This document shows, in pieces, positions 63,561 through 63,561 of a stretch of DNA of 63,561 bases. Made by a program: the position numbers and the translations under genes. The DNA comes from an uncultured Candidatus Saccharibacteria bacterium. GTDB taxonomy: Bacteria > Patescibacteriota > Saccharimonadia > Saccharimonadales > CAYUUR01. The notes under the pieces were generated by a model that made no database searches, was not told the DNA's origin, and was given only the letters and a program-made list of their open reading frames with translations. The first letter of the stretch is position 1. Each line of letters begins with the position of its first letter. Where the stretch lies: the NCBI GenBank assembly GCA_964510235.1, contig CAZEBF010000002.1, forward strand, positions 1-63,561, given 5' to 3'.

Positions 63561-63561
63561 A

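Noticed and set aside
1-63561. Alternative genetic code (UGA recoding as in some CPR lineages)
   Set aside because: Long conserved genes are intact under the standard code, and TGA is used as a genuine stop (for example 24715-24717, 24394-24396 and 47412-47414).

Overview
The window looks like a small, gene-dense genome of the Patescibacteria/CPR type, probably Saccharibacteria-like. That assignment is an inference from gene content: there is no rpmD between rpsE and rplO, no adk or map after secY, gene junctions are tight or overlapping, and an actinobacterial-type Rpf is present. All calls rest on reading the six-frame translations and the DNA by eye; no database search was run.

Core content, almost all on the minus strand:
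- a complete S10-spc-alpha ribosomal superoperon (rpsJ to rplQ, 47.7-63.6 kb), followed by rplM-rpsI
- secE-nusG-rplK-rplA (27.9-31.0 kb) and rplJ-rplL
- dnaX, dnaB, ybaB and recR
- cysS, trpS, holB and an RluA-type pseudouridine synthase
- a dcd plus tmk-thyX fusion operon
- two GT4 glycosyltransferases, two VanY/M15B peptidases and a LysM-Rpf muralytic protein
- five tRNAs: Gln-UUG, Trp-CCA, Thr-GGU, Tyr-GUA and Thr-UGU

Accessory content: two integrative elements, each carrying a related large serine recombinase convergent with a tRNA gene.
- Element 1 ends at tRNA-Gln. It is flanked by an exact 128-bp tandem array of tRNA-Gln 5' halves.
- Element 2 is about 5.9 kb at tRNA-Trp. It encodes an excisionase-type HTH protein, a Rep-like protein, a SpoVG-like protein, a SemiSWEET-like protein and a DUF4238-like protein.

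Most unusual signals:
1. The tRNA-half array and what looks like anticodon-arm targeting by the recombinases.
2. Small acidic or Cys-containing ORFs translationally coupled directly behind nusG, rplK and rpsJ, inside otherwise invariant ribosomal gene junctions.
3. A locus at 23.5-24.3 kb with back-to-back promoters and three repeats of the unit 'near-leaderless micro-ORF, then intrinsic terminator, then SD plus gene'. It sits upstream of a small-protein / GCS2-type ligase / M20 peptidase operon.
4. A Tmk fused to a tandem ThyX.
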